DNA from: the human T2T-CHM13v2.0 reference genome, Homo sapiens
Length of the DNA stretch: 64,000 bases
NCBI RefSeq assembly: GCF_009914755.1
Contig: NC_060929.1
Reading direction: 5' to 3' (one strand)
The notes under the pieces are model-generated. The model ran no database searches. It was given only the letters and a program-made list of their open reading frames with translations, and was not told the DNA's origin. A program made the translations under genes and the position numbers. This document shows, one piece after another, positions 1 through 15,697 of this stretch (within the stretch, counting starts at the first letter, position 1; every line of letters begins with the position of its first letter).

Positions 1-346
1 ATAAGCAGCAGCTACCTCCGTAATGATTTTGTCATTCGGCACTAGAGATGTTCTTGGCTGTGGTGGCCGTCACTCATATAACACCTTCCACTGCCATTTG
101 GTTATTGCTGGAGGCTGCTCTGGGACCCTGGATTCAGTCCTTTATTCTCAGAAAATACTGAGATGAGCTGATGAGCACAGGCAGGACAGAGGCCAGCATA
201 TGAGAGGGAGTGTGCTAACCACCACGTTCCCACAGAACCTCGAAACCTCGAAACACCATGCCATTTTCAGTATGAATCAATATGAGGACTGTGTGCATAT
301 GGTGTAGTGTCTACTCCAATAGGGAAGGCATACTTTTTTTCCCCAC

Positions 347-612
347 TTTTTAATTTTTATTTATTTTTCTGAGGCAGGGTCTCGCTCTGTCACCCAGGCT
401 TCCGGGTTCAAGTGATTCCCGTGCCCCAGCCTCCCAAAGTAGTTGGGACTACAGGCACCCAGCCATCATGCCCAGCTAATTTTTGTACTTTTAGTAGAGA
501 TGGGGTTTCGCCATGTTGCCCAGGCTGGACTCAAACTCCTGGCCTCAAGCAATCTGCCTGCTTTAGCCTCCCAAAGTGCTGGGATTATAGGCATGAGCCA
601 TGGCGCCCAGCC
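347..612 (-). mobile_element. Alu (old, internal deletion in right arm)
   Basis: Reverse Alu consensus with T-rich tail. Confidence 0.9.
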
Positions 613-866
613 TTCTTTTCACTTTTTAAGCTTTCTGAAGTCAGCATCTGAGTGTTTTAAAGGTAGTAGTGTTTTCCCCCAAAAGCAGTTATTCTATGAT
701 GAGGGTATTTCACACTCAACAATGACAGAATAAAAGAAAAACACTATTTCCTTTTTCTTAGGCATCACCTTCAATTTAGAAATACTCCTGGATTCAAAGT
801 AAGCAACCTCAGAGGGGACAAGCCTGTCCCCAGGTTGATTTCTGCACTGAGAGCCTCAAAACTCAC

Positions 867-1059
867 CCTGCGAGGTCGCTTCTTGGTCTGTTGTGTAAAC
901 TGAAGAGCCCAGTCCCTGGTGGTGGGCTTGGAGTGCTCGAACCCACAGTTTCCCGGGGGCGGCTTGAGATGTTCAGATCTGTAAATAAGGTGTTGGCCCT
1001 TGCTGTCAGGGAGGGGCTCGATGACGTAGCTGAGGTTGCTGCTCACCGTAATCAGTCCT
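867..1059 (-). CDS. ADAM19: ADAM19 coding exon 6 (end of prodomain: cysteine-switch-like PGNCG and furin site RPRR)
   Basis: acceptor caacag|A; GLITVSSNLSYVIEPLPDSKGQHLIYRSEHLKPPPGNCGFEHSKPTTRDWALQFTQQTKKRPRR; donor AGG|gtgagt; 193 nt; cumulative CDS 600 nt. Confidence 0.97.
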
Positions 1060-3329
1060 CTGTTGAGAGGAGAAATAGAATCTCTGGTCAAAGATTATGG
1101 TTCTGAAAAAGTCCCTTGTGTAGGTCTTAGTTTCTCCATATGCAAAATGACATAGTGGGTTTTGATCATTGGTTCTTAACCTAATTATGGGGCCATGTAC
1201 CCCTTCGTGAGACTCTGATGCAAGCTCACACTTCCTCTCTAGAGGAATGCACTTATACATAAAAAGTGGTGCATGAGCTCAGGGCACTTGGACCTCCACC
1301 CCAACCCCCACCCCACCCAACCACCACCACCAAGCTCATCGTGAGACTCCAGGTTAAAAGTCTCTGGACTGGGAAATCTCAAAAAGTTCTAAGAAGGCTG
1401 TACCTGTGACACTTAAAACTTATGAAGGATGGTAGGTCCAGGATTCCAAAAAGCCTCCCAAACCAAAACATGGCATATGACAAATCATGGGTCAAAACTT
1501 TAGAGACTCAGGAAAAGCAGTACAGTGGCCAGAGAAAGAACAGTGGCCTGCAAGTGAGGTGACCGAGGTTCTGGATTTAGCTCCAACATTCAATTGTCAC
1601 ATGCTCTTCAACAAGCATCTTAAATCTCTCCAAGCGTCAGTTTCCTCATCCCTAACACGGCAATGATAACTTATCAAGACTACTGGATGATTAAGTGGAA
1701 AGACAAGGGTCTTTGTGCTTGGAAACCAGAGCTAGATGCATCAGTGATGACACGCCTACTTGTCCCACCTGCCCCACGTCAGCACGGTAGTTATTTGGTG
1801 AAGTGACATCCACCACCAAGCATGAGGGACTACTTTTTTTCCTCCCTTGATTATAGATACTAGCACTGAACTCAGAATAAACTCATGTGTCCTAGACATA
1901 ATCTAGACATAATCCTTGTCCTTGAGAAACTCACAGTCCTCTGGAAGACAGTCACAAACATTTACTGGGCTCCTGCTACGGGCCAGGTATCATGCCAGTT
2001 GCTGAGGACGGAATAGCGAACAAGACACACCAAGTGCCTACCCTTGTGAAGCGTTGAGTGTAAACATTGGAATAAGTCACTCTAATGTATAACAGAGAGA
2101 GCAAAAAGTTTCATCACCCCTTGGACTGGAGGCAGCTGCTTCAACTGTTACATCACCAAGGCTTCTGAGGGCTTTTCTAGCCTCAGCAAGAAAGAGGACC
2201 ATGACTTATTATCAATTGCTATTGCTAATGATCAGTGAAGGCCCAGGCAGCAGATATCTGCCAACCTTGATACAATGAGATAAACATGATTGTAAAGGTA
2301 TGTAATCAAGGCTCAGTGGGAGGAGGAAGCCCAGGAGTAAGCCCCATGGACTCTAGCAGCATTTTGTATGCTCTAAAACCTCAGGCAGGCTCTCATCCAT
2401 GCAGAGAGCTCAGAACCTACAGCATCTCCAACCCAGTCTTTGCCACTGTAAATTCGCAGGACCTCTCTCTTAGCTTATCTCAGCTTCCACCTCCACCACA
2501 ACCGCCACTTGGGATTCCTGCCCAGATTTTGCCCTTTGGGAAGAGCCTGTGATGCTCTCTGGAAAATCAGCGCCAGGCTCTGATGGGCAGCAGCCTTTCC
2601 CGGATCCCATCCCTGGCTGACCTCATTCCAGATCCAGGAAGCCTGATGACTTCCTGGTTGCCTCACCCAGTCTGACGCAGCAGTACCCAATCACCCCCTC
2701 TGACGGACATCTAAGGTACTCCCTGAACATCTGGGGGTGGGAGCGTGGCAAGGAGCAAGGGTCGCATCCACTCCCTAATCCAGCCAGGAAAGGGCAGAGG
2801 AGAGAGCTGCTGCACGCATCCTGTTCCCAAGTTATCTTTTCATCTCAGCCAACCAAGGCCTCTCCCATCACCTCAGTTTCCCCTAACGGCTACACACTTT
2901 GGGAACACAGAGGGCTTGACCACCAACCAGCTGATGGTTCTGTGTGCACCAGGTTGTGGTTGCCAAGATTACACCCAGTGAGTGGAAAGTTCCATAGAGG
3001 AATCAGGGAAAGTTCCAATGGAGGTTCACAAGGCGCAACTGATCTGGCATCACTTGAACAAGCCTGTGAGCTAAACAGGACAGAGACCAAGCCATAGTGT
3101 GGTGCACAATAAATAAGAATCCTCATAGTGGCTGCAGATTATAGAGCCTTTGCTATGGACTTGGCACTGTGCTAAGTGAGCATTTTATTCTTCCCACCAC
3201 CTTCCTAGGATCCTTACAAATATTGTCCCCAACGTACAAATGGGAAAACAAAGGCTCAGCAAGGTTAATTAACCCAAAGTCACACAAACAGTAAGAGTAA
3301 GAGTAGGGATTTGTTTTTTGTTTTTGTTT

Positions 3330-3445
3330 CATCAACTTTTATTTTAAGTTCCAGGGTACATGTGCAGGATGGGCAGGTTTGTTACACAGGTAAACATGTG
3401 CCATGGTGATTTGCTGCACAGATCAGCCTATCACCTAGGTATTAA
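3330..3445 (-). mobile_element. L1PA (older primate) 3' end fragment
   Basis: aacttttattttaagttccagggtacatgtgcaggat...ccatggtg...cctaggtattaa matches a reversed L1PA 3' UTR end. Confidence 0.8.
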
Positions 3446-3521
3446 AGGAGTCGGGATTTGAATGGAAGCATTCTAGTTCCAAGTCCCACAACCTTACCCT
3501 GACCTTCCACTGCCTCAATCA

Positions 3522-3923
<402 letters not shown>

Positions 3924-4354
3924 TCACCTCAGTTTCCTAAGAGAAAAGATGAAGGAGGTATGCAGCCTACTTTTCACCTTCAGATGCCATTGATTGAGCT
4001 AACTGGATGCCAGGCACTGTGTTTACAAATGTTATTCTTATTTCATTCCCACATCATCATTATAAGGAGGCACCCTCATGAGTCCCACTTTATAGATGAA
4101 GAAACTGTGGCTCAGAGACATTAAATAACAAGCTCTCATGGTTAAGGGCAGTGTGGGCTCCAGGCATGGGGACTAGGTAATCTGAAGTCAAAGATTTAAG
4201 GTCCACAGACTCTGGACCCCATCCCCTTAGCCTCTGTGCTTTCTGCCTCCATCAGTGAGTTCCAAGCCTAAGTGTCAGAGATCTCTAGGAGCAGAGGTCT
4301 CAGGGATATCTATTAGAATATTCTACAGTGTATTGAAAACATAGGTATCCAGGT

Positions 4355-4792
4355 CTGCTGTGGATATGGTTTATTTGTCCCCACCAAGTCTCACGGTAGA
4401 ATGTGGTCCCATTGTTGGAGGTGGGCCTGGTAGGAGGTGTTAGGGTCATGGGGTGGATCCCTCATGAATGGCTTGGTGCATCCTGGTGGTAATGAGAGAG
4501 TTTTTACTCAGCAAATTCCCATGAGAGTTTCCTCAAGAGCTGGTTATTAAAAAGAGCCTGGCACCTCCTCCCTTTCTCTCTCACTTTCTCTCTCACCACT
4601 TGATCTCTGCACACACAGGCTCCCCTTCACCTTCTGCCATGAGTGGAAGCAGCCTGAGGCCCTCACCAGAAGCAGATGCTGGTGTCATGCTTCTTGTATG
4701 GCTTGCAGAACTGTAAGCCAAAATAAACCTCTTTTCTTTATAAATTACCCAGCCTTACGTATTCCTTTATAGCAACACAAATGGACTAATAC
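4355..4792 (+). mobile_element. MaLR solo LTR (MSTB-like)
   Basis: ccccaccaagtctca...ggatccctcatgaatgg...tttataaattacccag...gactaataca. Confidence 0.85.
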
Positions 4793-7184
4793 AGGGCCCA
4801 ACCTAAAAAACGCAGAGCTGCAGGCCTGAGTAATTCCCTGCCTAGCCACACTCAGGAACTTTGGCCTACAGACCACCCTCTGTAGCAGGCACCTGCTTTT
4901 CACCAGGCCCATAGTAATTCTGATTCAGGGAGTGGGCAGATTACAATTTGAGAGAAACAGAGGCTCAGAAGGACCCTGAAGGTCGTTCCAGCAATAGGAT
5001 TCTGTGGCCACTTCCCTCCCTTCCTCCAACTGCTGTTCCTGGTTATTTGCCCATGTCACGACTGCAATCCTCTCAGACGGCCTGGGGATGGAGGAGAGGC
5101 TGGCACAAGCCCCAGCACTGTCAGTGGACTGCAGCTTTGTTGCTGGGGGAATGTCTGAGAATGTGGTTCCAGGGGCTGTCCCCGCCCTCAACCCTAATTC
5201 CTTTAGCTGCCCTCTTCCAAGCACCACCAGTTGTTTATCCTTCTAGGAGCCTTGGTTGATCTAATTTGCTGAATGTTAGCCCTGGCAAAGGCAGAACTCA
5301 GCCAGAAGGCATGAGCTGGGGCCCAGGAGGCTGGGTGGCCAGCCTCACATGCCATTCTCCATTCTGTTCTCCATCCTATTGCTCATCGTTAAGAGATGGA
5401 TACAAATGAAATTGTATAGGAAAACCCGGGCAGGCCAGGCCAGGCAGGCACCAAGCAATTCATGCCTAACCCCTGCATAACTGAAGGATTCACCAAATGC
5501 ATTCTTCAAGGAACTAGGCCAACAACTGCTTCCTGGGGACTTGTCCATTCAGAGCTAAACCAAAGGGGACACATTCTACATCCCTATACCCAGAGGTGCC
5601 CTAAAAAGTAACTACCCTGCTACCCTTCTTTCCTCTCCCCTTCTCTGCAAATTATATCCATCCAAAAGGAGTTACAGGGAACTCCAAAGCCTGCAAAAAA
5701 GAGAAGAGAAGGCTTGTAGGTCATGTACTTTCTCAAGGACAGGGTGCCCCCATATAGCACCTGGATTCAAACTCTGGCTGTGCTGTCTCCTAGCTGTGTG
5801 GTAAGTGATGTAATAACACTGCCCATCTCACAGAGTTGCTGTGATAATGGACTGAATAGGCAATATTTACTAATAACCAAAGCAGCATTTTAAAAGAACA
5901 GCTAACGGTCATTGATTGTGTATTATACATCAAGCAAAGCGCAAAGTGTTTTATTCGATAGCCATTCTACACATCTGTACTGAGAACCCAGTGTGTGACA
6001 GGAACTGTTCTCAGCTCGGGAAATAGCATGATCAAAGCAAAGTCCCTGCTGTCAAGGAGTTTGCACTCCTCACCTATTGTAAATCCACCAGTGATGTCAA
6101 TATTGTTATTCCCATTTTATGGATGAGACAACTGAGACTTGAGAACTTAAGTAGCTTGGCAGGGTTTAAACCAGGAAGTGTCTGGCTCCAGAATCTAAAT
6201 TCATCACAACTTAATAACACTGTCCTCTGAGGGCTTAATCTGTGCAATGCCTGACACGGAGGTAGCATTTATGATCCATTCTGCAGAAGGAAGGCAAGGA
6301 ATTCAAAGGTGGAAAGGACTTGCCACTTCTTCTCCAGGGCTGGCTGTGTGTATATGAGCCACCTCCTTCTGCCCCAGGCTCCCACCTCCCTGAGACTCTG
6401 CCCAACCTCTCTGCATCCCAGGACTTCCAACAGAGAAGGAAGCTTTTAATGGTCTGGTCTACTCTTGTTTTACAGAAAAGAGGAAAGCCCACCCAAAAAA
6501 GAACTTGCCCAAGCTCACCTAGCCAGTTAATGTGAGAGCCGGGGCTAATCCCAGCTCTCCTAATGTTCAGGTTCATGACTCTGGGGTATGCCCCTGACCT
6601 CACCCCCACTGACCACCCACCCCACTCCCAGGACTTAGTCACCTTTTGGATAGAGTAGGGGCCTGTGGAGGGACCAGCCTGGCCACAGCAAAGACAAGGA
6701 AAAAATTTAATGGGGAGAGGAAAACACAGAGATCCACACAGCCAGGAAGTATGTAGCTAGATCTTAAACGTGGATCCCTTGACTTTACATTTTGAGCTTA
6801 TTCCAGGCCATCATGCACACTTTCCTACACATTCTCCTGCATTCATTTTCAATCTCATGTTCTCCCTCTCTCCCTCTCTCACAGAATCTGAGTCCAGGGA
6901 CCACGGTTAAGGTGTAATTACAGTGAGAGTGAGCCCTATGTTTTCGAAGGCAGGGCTGCTGTAATATAAGGGTGATCCATCAAATAGACCACTATGGATG
7001 ATTTATTGCATACCTCTGAAAGACTTTCTATATAATGAAACGTGCCAGACATTAGTACAAACGATATTATGCAACCATTAAAAGAATGAGATAGATCTAT
7101 GTATACCTAAAACATAATGCTTAAGTTGGAAAAAAAATACAAAACTGTATGCATAGGGTGATCTCATTTGGATTAAATATGTTC

Positions 7185-7192
7185 ATATATAC

Positions 7193-7233
<41 letters not shown>
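7185..7233. repeat. (TA)n(CA)n microsatellite within a degraded L1M-like segment
   Basis: Direct reading. Confidence 0.95.
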
Positions 7234-7235
<2 letters not shown>

Positions 7236-7605
7236 TATGTATTTCAATAAAGGATACCTCCAACAGTAATTAAGGATACCTCCAACAGTAATAACAGATG
7301 GAGAATGGGATTGGTTGGAAGGGTAGGACAAGATAAACAACTTTCACTTTTTAAAGCTTACATATTCCTGCATGATTTGAACATTTAACACTAAACCTGT
7401 ATAGTTATATAATGATAATTTTTAACAAAAAAAATTTTTTAAAAAAGTAAACAACTTACCAACCAGATACACTTCCTGCTGATAGACAGTGAGCTACAGA
7501 CTCACACACAGAGTTTCCCAGAACACACAGGCTCAGTCAGAGACACCTTAACCCAGTATAGATATTTAGAGAATGTCTTAATCTGAGACAGGCTTGGGAG
7601 AATGA

Positions 7606-7975
<370 letters not shown>

Positions 7976-8037
7976 TAGCTTCCAATCAATTCTCAAAGGG
8001 TCCAGGGGCCCAAATAAGATTACAGACATTATATTCC

Positions 8038-8714
<677 letters not shown>

Positions 8715-10509
8715 ATTACATATCTACGTTCTTTTTTCACAAGGAATATTCCTAAAAGGATATACAAGAAACTAGTAACAACGGCTGTCTCTAGGAAGGG
8801 GGAAAATCTGGAAATCTGGGGTGAGAAAGAGATGTTATCTTTCATTGTACACTCTTTTGTACTTTTTGAATTTATTTTTACTAAGATAATACATGACTTC
8901 TTCAATTAAAGTAACCTAAAGAACTGCTTTGAAGAGAAGAGGGGGCCTAGCAACCACCTAGAAGCTCAGCTGAATTCCTCTTGGTATCATCAGCTTGAAG
9001 ATCTCACTTGATAGAAATCCTACCTATTTCTCCAATCATGGGAGCATGTTTCCAGGAAAGAAGAACAATCACTATGGAGATTTTTCACTGCAGCAGTGCT
9101 TTATGAGCTTTGGGAGGCGCCTAGTGTTTTGACGACATGGGTTTGAATGTTGCTGCTGTTGCAGCTGCTCCTTCTCCAGGGTTCAAATGGAACCATCTGG
9201 CATGAGTCTCCAGCTCTTAAATCAGTCCACCCACAGCCTTGGTTTCTTAAGGCGTGTGTAGTGAGAAGGCTGGGAAAGTAAGGCAGGTGGACCTCACCAG
9301 ACGGAAGCATGCAAAACAGAAACACACGGACAGCTCACCCGGTATCCCCCTCCCTTTCAGCACTGCTGCTGGAATGATTTACAAGACGCCAAGCCAAGTT
9401 CCCACTGCTCCAGACTGAGGGGATGGAGGAAGAGGCAGACAGAAGCAGGTCACACCTGCATGTTCTTTTTCCTCCTTCTTGGGACAAACTTTGTTTACTT
9501 GCAGACTGCAGGTGGCGGTGGCTGGGCTTGTAAATACCACTGCGAGGCCAGTTAGCTTGGCTCAATCAGGTCACTTAAGCAGAGGGGATTTGGGGCCACT
9601 CTGTTATTGCTTCCCATCCAAAGCCCATTTCCTGCCTGATTTCCTCCAGCCAACTCACCATGCAGCATTCAAACAAAGTCATGGCCCAATTTATAAACAG
9701 ACACTTGGGACCTGCAGTGTGAGAAACCTTCCATTTGTATAGGAGCCTGCATAAGTCTTAGCATGGTTTCACCGACGTAAGAGGAGGAAAAACCCTTATG
9801 TTTAAAAGTACTATAATTACAGCAATAATCTCTACCATGCTTAATACTGATGTTCACTTTATTGACAAGGAAACTGAGGGCTCCAAAATTACAGTGCTGG
9901 TTTTCCCTCCACCTGTGTAGGGTATGGGCATTAGGAAGACACCCAATTTCTATTTGTGAATGAAAAATGCAATCATTGAATGAATGAAGCAATCAGTCAA
10001 GAGAGGAAGAACACACAATGGAGCCACCTCCTATCAGCTCACCAGAGCCAATCAAAGGCATATCTTCCCAATTCTGCCTTCAATAACATCACATCGGTAG
10101 CCTGAAATTGATCATGGTGGGATTATCTTTGTCAGCATATTGGCAGATGCTACAAATCAGGGCTTTTTCCTTTTTGTCATAGAGCCAGTTTACACTGGGC
10201 TGAAGTGTCTCTCACTGAGCCTGTGTATTCTGGGAAACTGTAGCTCACTGTCTATCACTGCACAGAGGCACCACATAGTACAGACAATCAAAACCCAGGC
10301 AATTAGTATATGCAATGAGATACCAGGTTTTTTAGATCATCATCCTTCTTCAAAAAAAAAAAAAAGAGGAGGGAGATTGAAAGTGGTCTACATAAATAAG
10401 ACTTATTATGTCAACATACATGTGTAGATCCTACTGCAAGCAAGGCATTAAGGCAGGCTGGTGGAGAGAAATAGATATTTGAGATATACTCCATATTCTC
10501 AAGGAACAC

Positions 10510-10680
10510 ACATTCTCAGGTACAGACTGTAATGTGCACACAAATCACTTGGGAGTCTTGGTAAAATGCAGATTAAAATCCAGTAGGTCTGCGTGGAACC
10601 TGAGATGCTGCATTTCGAACAAGCTCCCAGGTAAAGTTGATGCTGCCCATCCATGGAACACACCTAGAGAAGCAAAGTCC
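10510..10680. mobile_element. MER5-family hAT-Charlie MITE
   Basis: aaaatgcagatt...cagtaggtctg...ctgcatttcgaacaagctcccaggt. Confidence 0.7.
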
Positions 10681-11072
10681 TAGGAGTTCACTGCATGCTG
10701 ACAGTGTGCCACTGCAAGTTCCTAGGTAAGATAGCTATTCACAAGCTGAATCCTCACAACTGCAGGCATATATTCTTTTTATCCACATTTTACAAATGAG
10801 ACCACTGGGACCCAAGGTCACCCAGCTGGTAAACTGCTACCAGCTCAAAGCCAGGTAGTCTCACTCAGAGAAGGAAGGGTCACTCTCAAAAGCACATTCT
10901 GGTCAGAACTTCTCAGTTGATTTTCTGTCTTGAAAATTATCCTTGCCTTTCCTTTCACTTCCTACTCTCTGTTCATTAACCGTCCATTTCCTATTTCACC
11001 ACCTCCAAGTACATCTCCCAGAGAAGAACTGAGGAGGTGTGGAACCAAATGCCCAAACTCATCCATCCCGAG

Positions 11073-11624
11073 CATATTAACCATGTGTCTTCTTTTTTAT
11101 CTTCTGTTTCTTTGACATCTGGGTCTTACTGACCACAGAGGGACTGCCCCTTCCAGGATTAGCCAATTCCTAGAGATGGTCAACAATTTCCCAGCTACCT
11201 TGCCTTTCAAATGCAAGCCAACCAATCCAGAGTCCATACCCTAGCCATTTATTTTATGGGGCTCTCACCCTCTGGGCCACTATCCCCCTTCCCTAATCAC
11301 CCCAGAACCAGGTATAGGACAACTAAGGACAGAGAGCCCATAAACCCCAGAGCCTGCTGAAATGATGCAAACTAGCCAATCCTAAACCTGCTTTCTCTGC
11401 CTCGCCCATTCCTTCCCGCAGAAACCACAAGAAGGGCATCTGCTGACATTTCTCCAGGCTCCCTCTGCCCGCTGACCAACCCCAGTGCCTCCCCGTGCCG
11501 CCCCCCATGGCACAGCCGGGCCCCTCCCTTTTCTGTGAGTATGACCATCTTTTCAATGGCAGTCATCTCCTGATTTTTTGGCCTTACCATACCTAAATAA
11601 TAACAAAACCTATATTTTAAAACA
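11073..11624 (+). mobile_element. ERVL solo LTR (MER74A-like)
   Basis: tattaaccatg...gggactgccccttccagg...agccaattcctagagat...aaccaatccagag...ttttaaaaca. Confidence 0.75.
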
Positions 11625-11836
11625 TCAAGTTCATCAGGAAAGTTAAATCCCAATGGATTTCTGGATTACCTAGGCTTTCCCTTGCCCATCCTCCCAGGCT
11701 CAGCCCCTCTCTGGGCTGGCTTGCACACATTCTCAATGGACTCCTTCCCAAGGTCCTTGCCTTAGCCTTGTCTATCTTGAAACTTCCATTCCTGGGGAGA
11801 GTGCCCGGTGCCACCTGCAGCCTCAGGGTCTCTTAC

Positions 11837-11913
11837 CTAATTCCTCGGCAAGTGCTGAGCGTGACGCTGGACAGTTCTGTCTCCCTCACCGTGCCGTGGT
11901 AAAAGCAGTGATC
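11837..11913 (-). CDS. ADAM19: ADAM19 coding exon 5 (prodomain, HCFYHG and STCxG motifs)
   Basis: acceptor ttgctag|GAT; DHCFYHGTVRETELSSVTLSTCRGI(R), typical ADAM prodomain motifs; donor AG|gtaaga; 77 nt. Confidence 0.97.
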
Positions 11914-12306
11914 CTAGCAAGGAGAAAGGAGGTGGTCAGGCTAAAGAACACTGATAAGCATGGCAATGTTAATATCTCAGGATGGTCATGGATGACTCAT
12001 GGCTTATTATATACCTACCCAACCTTATAGCACCTTACAACCTGCAAAGAGCTTTCCAAGCCACCATTTCATCTGATTCCCATAATAATCCTAGGAGACG
12101 GGGCAGGGAAGATGTCATTATCTCCATGAAGCAGATGAAAAGCTGAGGCTCAAAGGAGCAAAGAGATTTGCCCAAGGTCTCCCTGCTGATTGGAAAATCC
12201 AGAATTTTCCTAGTTCAGGGCTCTTTCAGGAATCAGTGTTTTCTGTGGCCAAAAGCATGCCATGGAAAGAACTTGCCTCCCCACCAATGTTATCTTTGCA
12301 ACCCCC

Positions 12307-13069
<763 letters not shown>

Positions 13070-14714
13070 CTCCCTACTCTTCCACAGCTCAAGATGCTCT
13101 TTCACACAAATCCCTCCACATCTGGATTGTACTTGATTTGGTACCTGTGCCCGTGAGGTCTGCTGCTGCTCTCCAGCCACTGTGTCTCATGGCTGTCAGA
13201 ATTTCTCCATCACTACAAACAGCTGTGACCACCGCTCTGTGCCAGGCCAGGGGCCAGCCCCTGGAGACACCATAGCCAGCAAACGGAGTCACAGCTTCAG
13301 CCTTCGTGGGGCTTATGGTCTTGTGAGAGGCAGTCATTAATGAGAAATCCAAACAGATATAATTACAAACCAAAAGAAGGGGCTTGAAATAACCATTTCA
13401 AGTGCTGGCCGAGCATTTTATAAGTCAGGTAACCATAGAATTTAGGAAGCAAATACGCACTGTTGGGCATGCTAAAGTGCTAAACCAGACAGAAGGGGGT
13501 GAAATCAGGACGGTGTCCAACGAATCAGGGGTAACAACAAGAGACACATTCCTAGAGGCTTCCTCCCAAATAAGTCAAGAGAGATGCACTGGTCAGAACA
13601 GAGAGAAGATAAAACCCACAGGGTAGAGCCAAGTTCTGGAAAGATCTCAAAAGGGATGGATGCAAACCACACAGTTGCAGACATGGAAGCTTTCTCTTTT
13701 CCCCCATCTCTAGGACCATGCTGCTTGCAGTTGCTTCTTTGTCCCCACCAGACAGGGATGTGACCCAATAATCAGCTACCCCGTGTGTCTGTATTCTCTG
13801 GCTCCACCTCCCTCCCAGCTCTAATCCTGAGTATAGACAAATAATTAAATTCAAACATTTTGGCATAGCCAGGCATATTTAAATCCAAGCATACGCAGTT
13901 CCACAACTCTCTCTGACCTTCAGTGTCTTTAGCCTCTGTACCCCAGAGTGGTGGTGAGAATATCGTACATAAAGGAGCTAGTAGAGTACTTGGCTGAGAG
14001 TGGCAGGCGATAAACATCGGCAACCAAATAATCATGAAATTCTCCTTTATCAAAGAATATGGCCTCAAGGCGCCTGGAAGCCCACCAAGAGGCTGAATCC
14101 AAAGCCCTAGCTGTGCCAATGCTCCAGCATATCCAGCCAGCCATGCAGCCAGATCAAAGGATACAGGCCAAGCTGACACTCAACACGGCCTCGTTCTCCA
14201 GACCACAGGTGCCCTTTCATCTGCATATGATCCATCGGCCAGCGATGTGGCTCCTCTGCCCATTCAAGCTCATAGTCAGGAGGAGGGACAGAGCCAACCC
14301 CTGTCTTTGCATCAAACTCTTCTGGACTTTAAACAAGTCAGATGCCACCCTTGAGAGGAGCACAAAGGAAAGCCAGTGTGCTGTGATTATGAAAGAAGGC
14401 GTGGCAGGCAAAACCCTCCTCCTGGCCAGGATTCCAACTGCTTTCAAATGCCAGCCTGTCATGTGGCTTCTCAACCTACCCGTGGGATCTGGGATTTGGA
14501 GGCCCCTCATGAAGCACTCAAGTCCTGAACCTGGTCCTTAGAACTCAACAGGGGAGCCACAAACCCCGTAGCACAGGATTACTCATGGGGAGAAGAGGGG
14601 CCGGGCCTGTGTGGAGTAAATGGGGCTCAGAGAAGTTGGAATGACAGAGAATCAAGGAGTTCAGAAACGTGTATCAGCTACAGTTTCAAAACGCTGGTTA
14701 ACAGAAAGAACTGA

Positions 14715-15077
<363 letters not shown>

Positions 15078-15214
15078 CTAAGAGTGTTCACAGCCCTAGT
15101 TCTCTCGAAAATAGAGCACCTGGCTTCTGTAGCATGCTTTATAATTTACAGAGCTTTCACATACACTATCTCTTGTGATGATGACACCTACAACTTACTA
15201 TTATTAACAGTAAG

Positions 15215-15526
15215 AGGTCGGGTGGGGTGGCTCACACCTGTAACCCCAGCACTTTGGGAGGCCGAGGCAGGCAAATCACTTGAGGCCAGGAGTTTGAGAC
15301 CACCTTAGCCAACATGGTGAAACTCCATTTCTACTAAAAATACAAAAATTAGCCAGGCGTGATGGCGGGCACTTGTAATCCCAGATACTCGGAAGGCTGA
15401 GGCATGAGAACTGCTTGAATCCGGGAGGCAGAGGTTGCATTGAGTCAAGATTACGCTACTGCACTCCAGTGTGGGCAACAGAGTGAGACTGTGTCTCAAA
15501 ACAAACAAACAAACAAACAAAACAAT
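15215..15526 (+). mobile_element. AluS with (AAAC)n tail
   Basis: Full dimer. Confidence 0.93.
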
Positions 15527-15540
15527 AAGAGCTAACATCT

Positions 15541-15697
15541 AACCAGGCATGGCGGCTCATGCCTATAATACCAATGCTTTGGGAGGCCAAGGCAAGAGGA
15601 TCACTTGAAGCTAGGAGTTTGAGGCTGCAGTGAGCTATGATCATGTCACTGCACTCCAGCCTGGGGGACAGAGCGAGGCCCTATGTCTAAAATAAAA
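15541..15697 (+). mobile_element. Monomer-length Alu (FLAM-like or internally deleted AluJ)
   Basis: Single about 150-bp unit; TSD aagagctaacatcta on both sides. Confidence 0.8.

Noticed and set aside
1-866. ADAM19 exon 7 (MKREDLNSMKYVEL...)
   Set aside because: Not found; intron 6 runs off the left edge of the window
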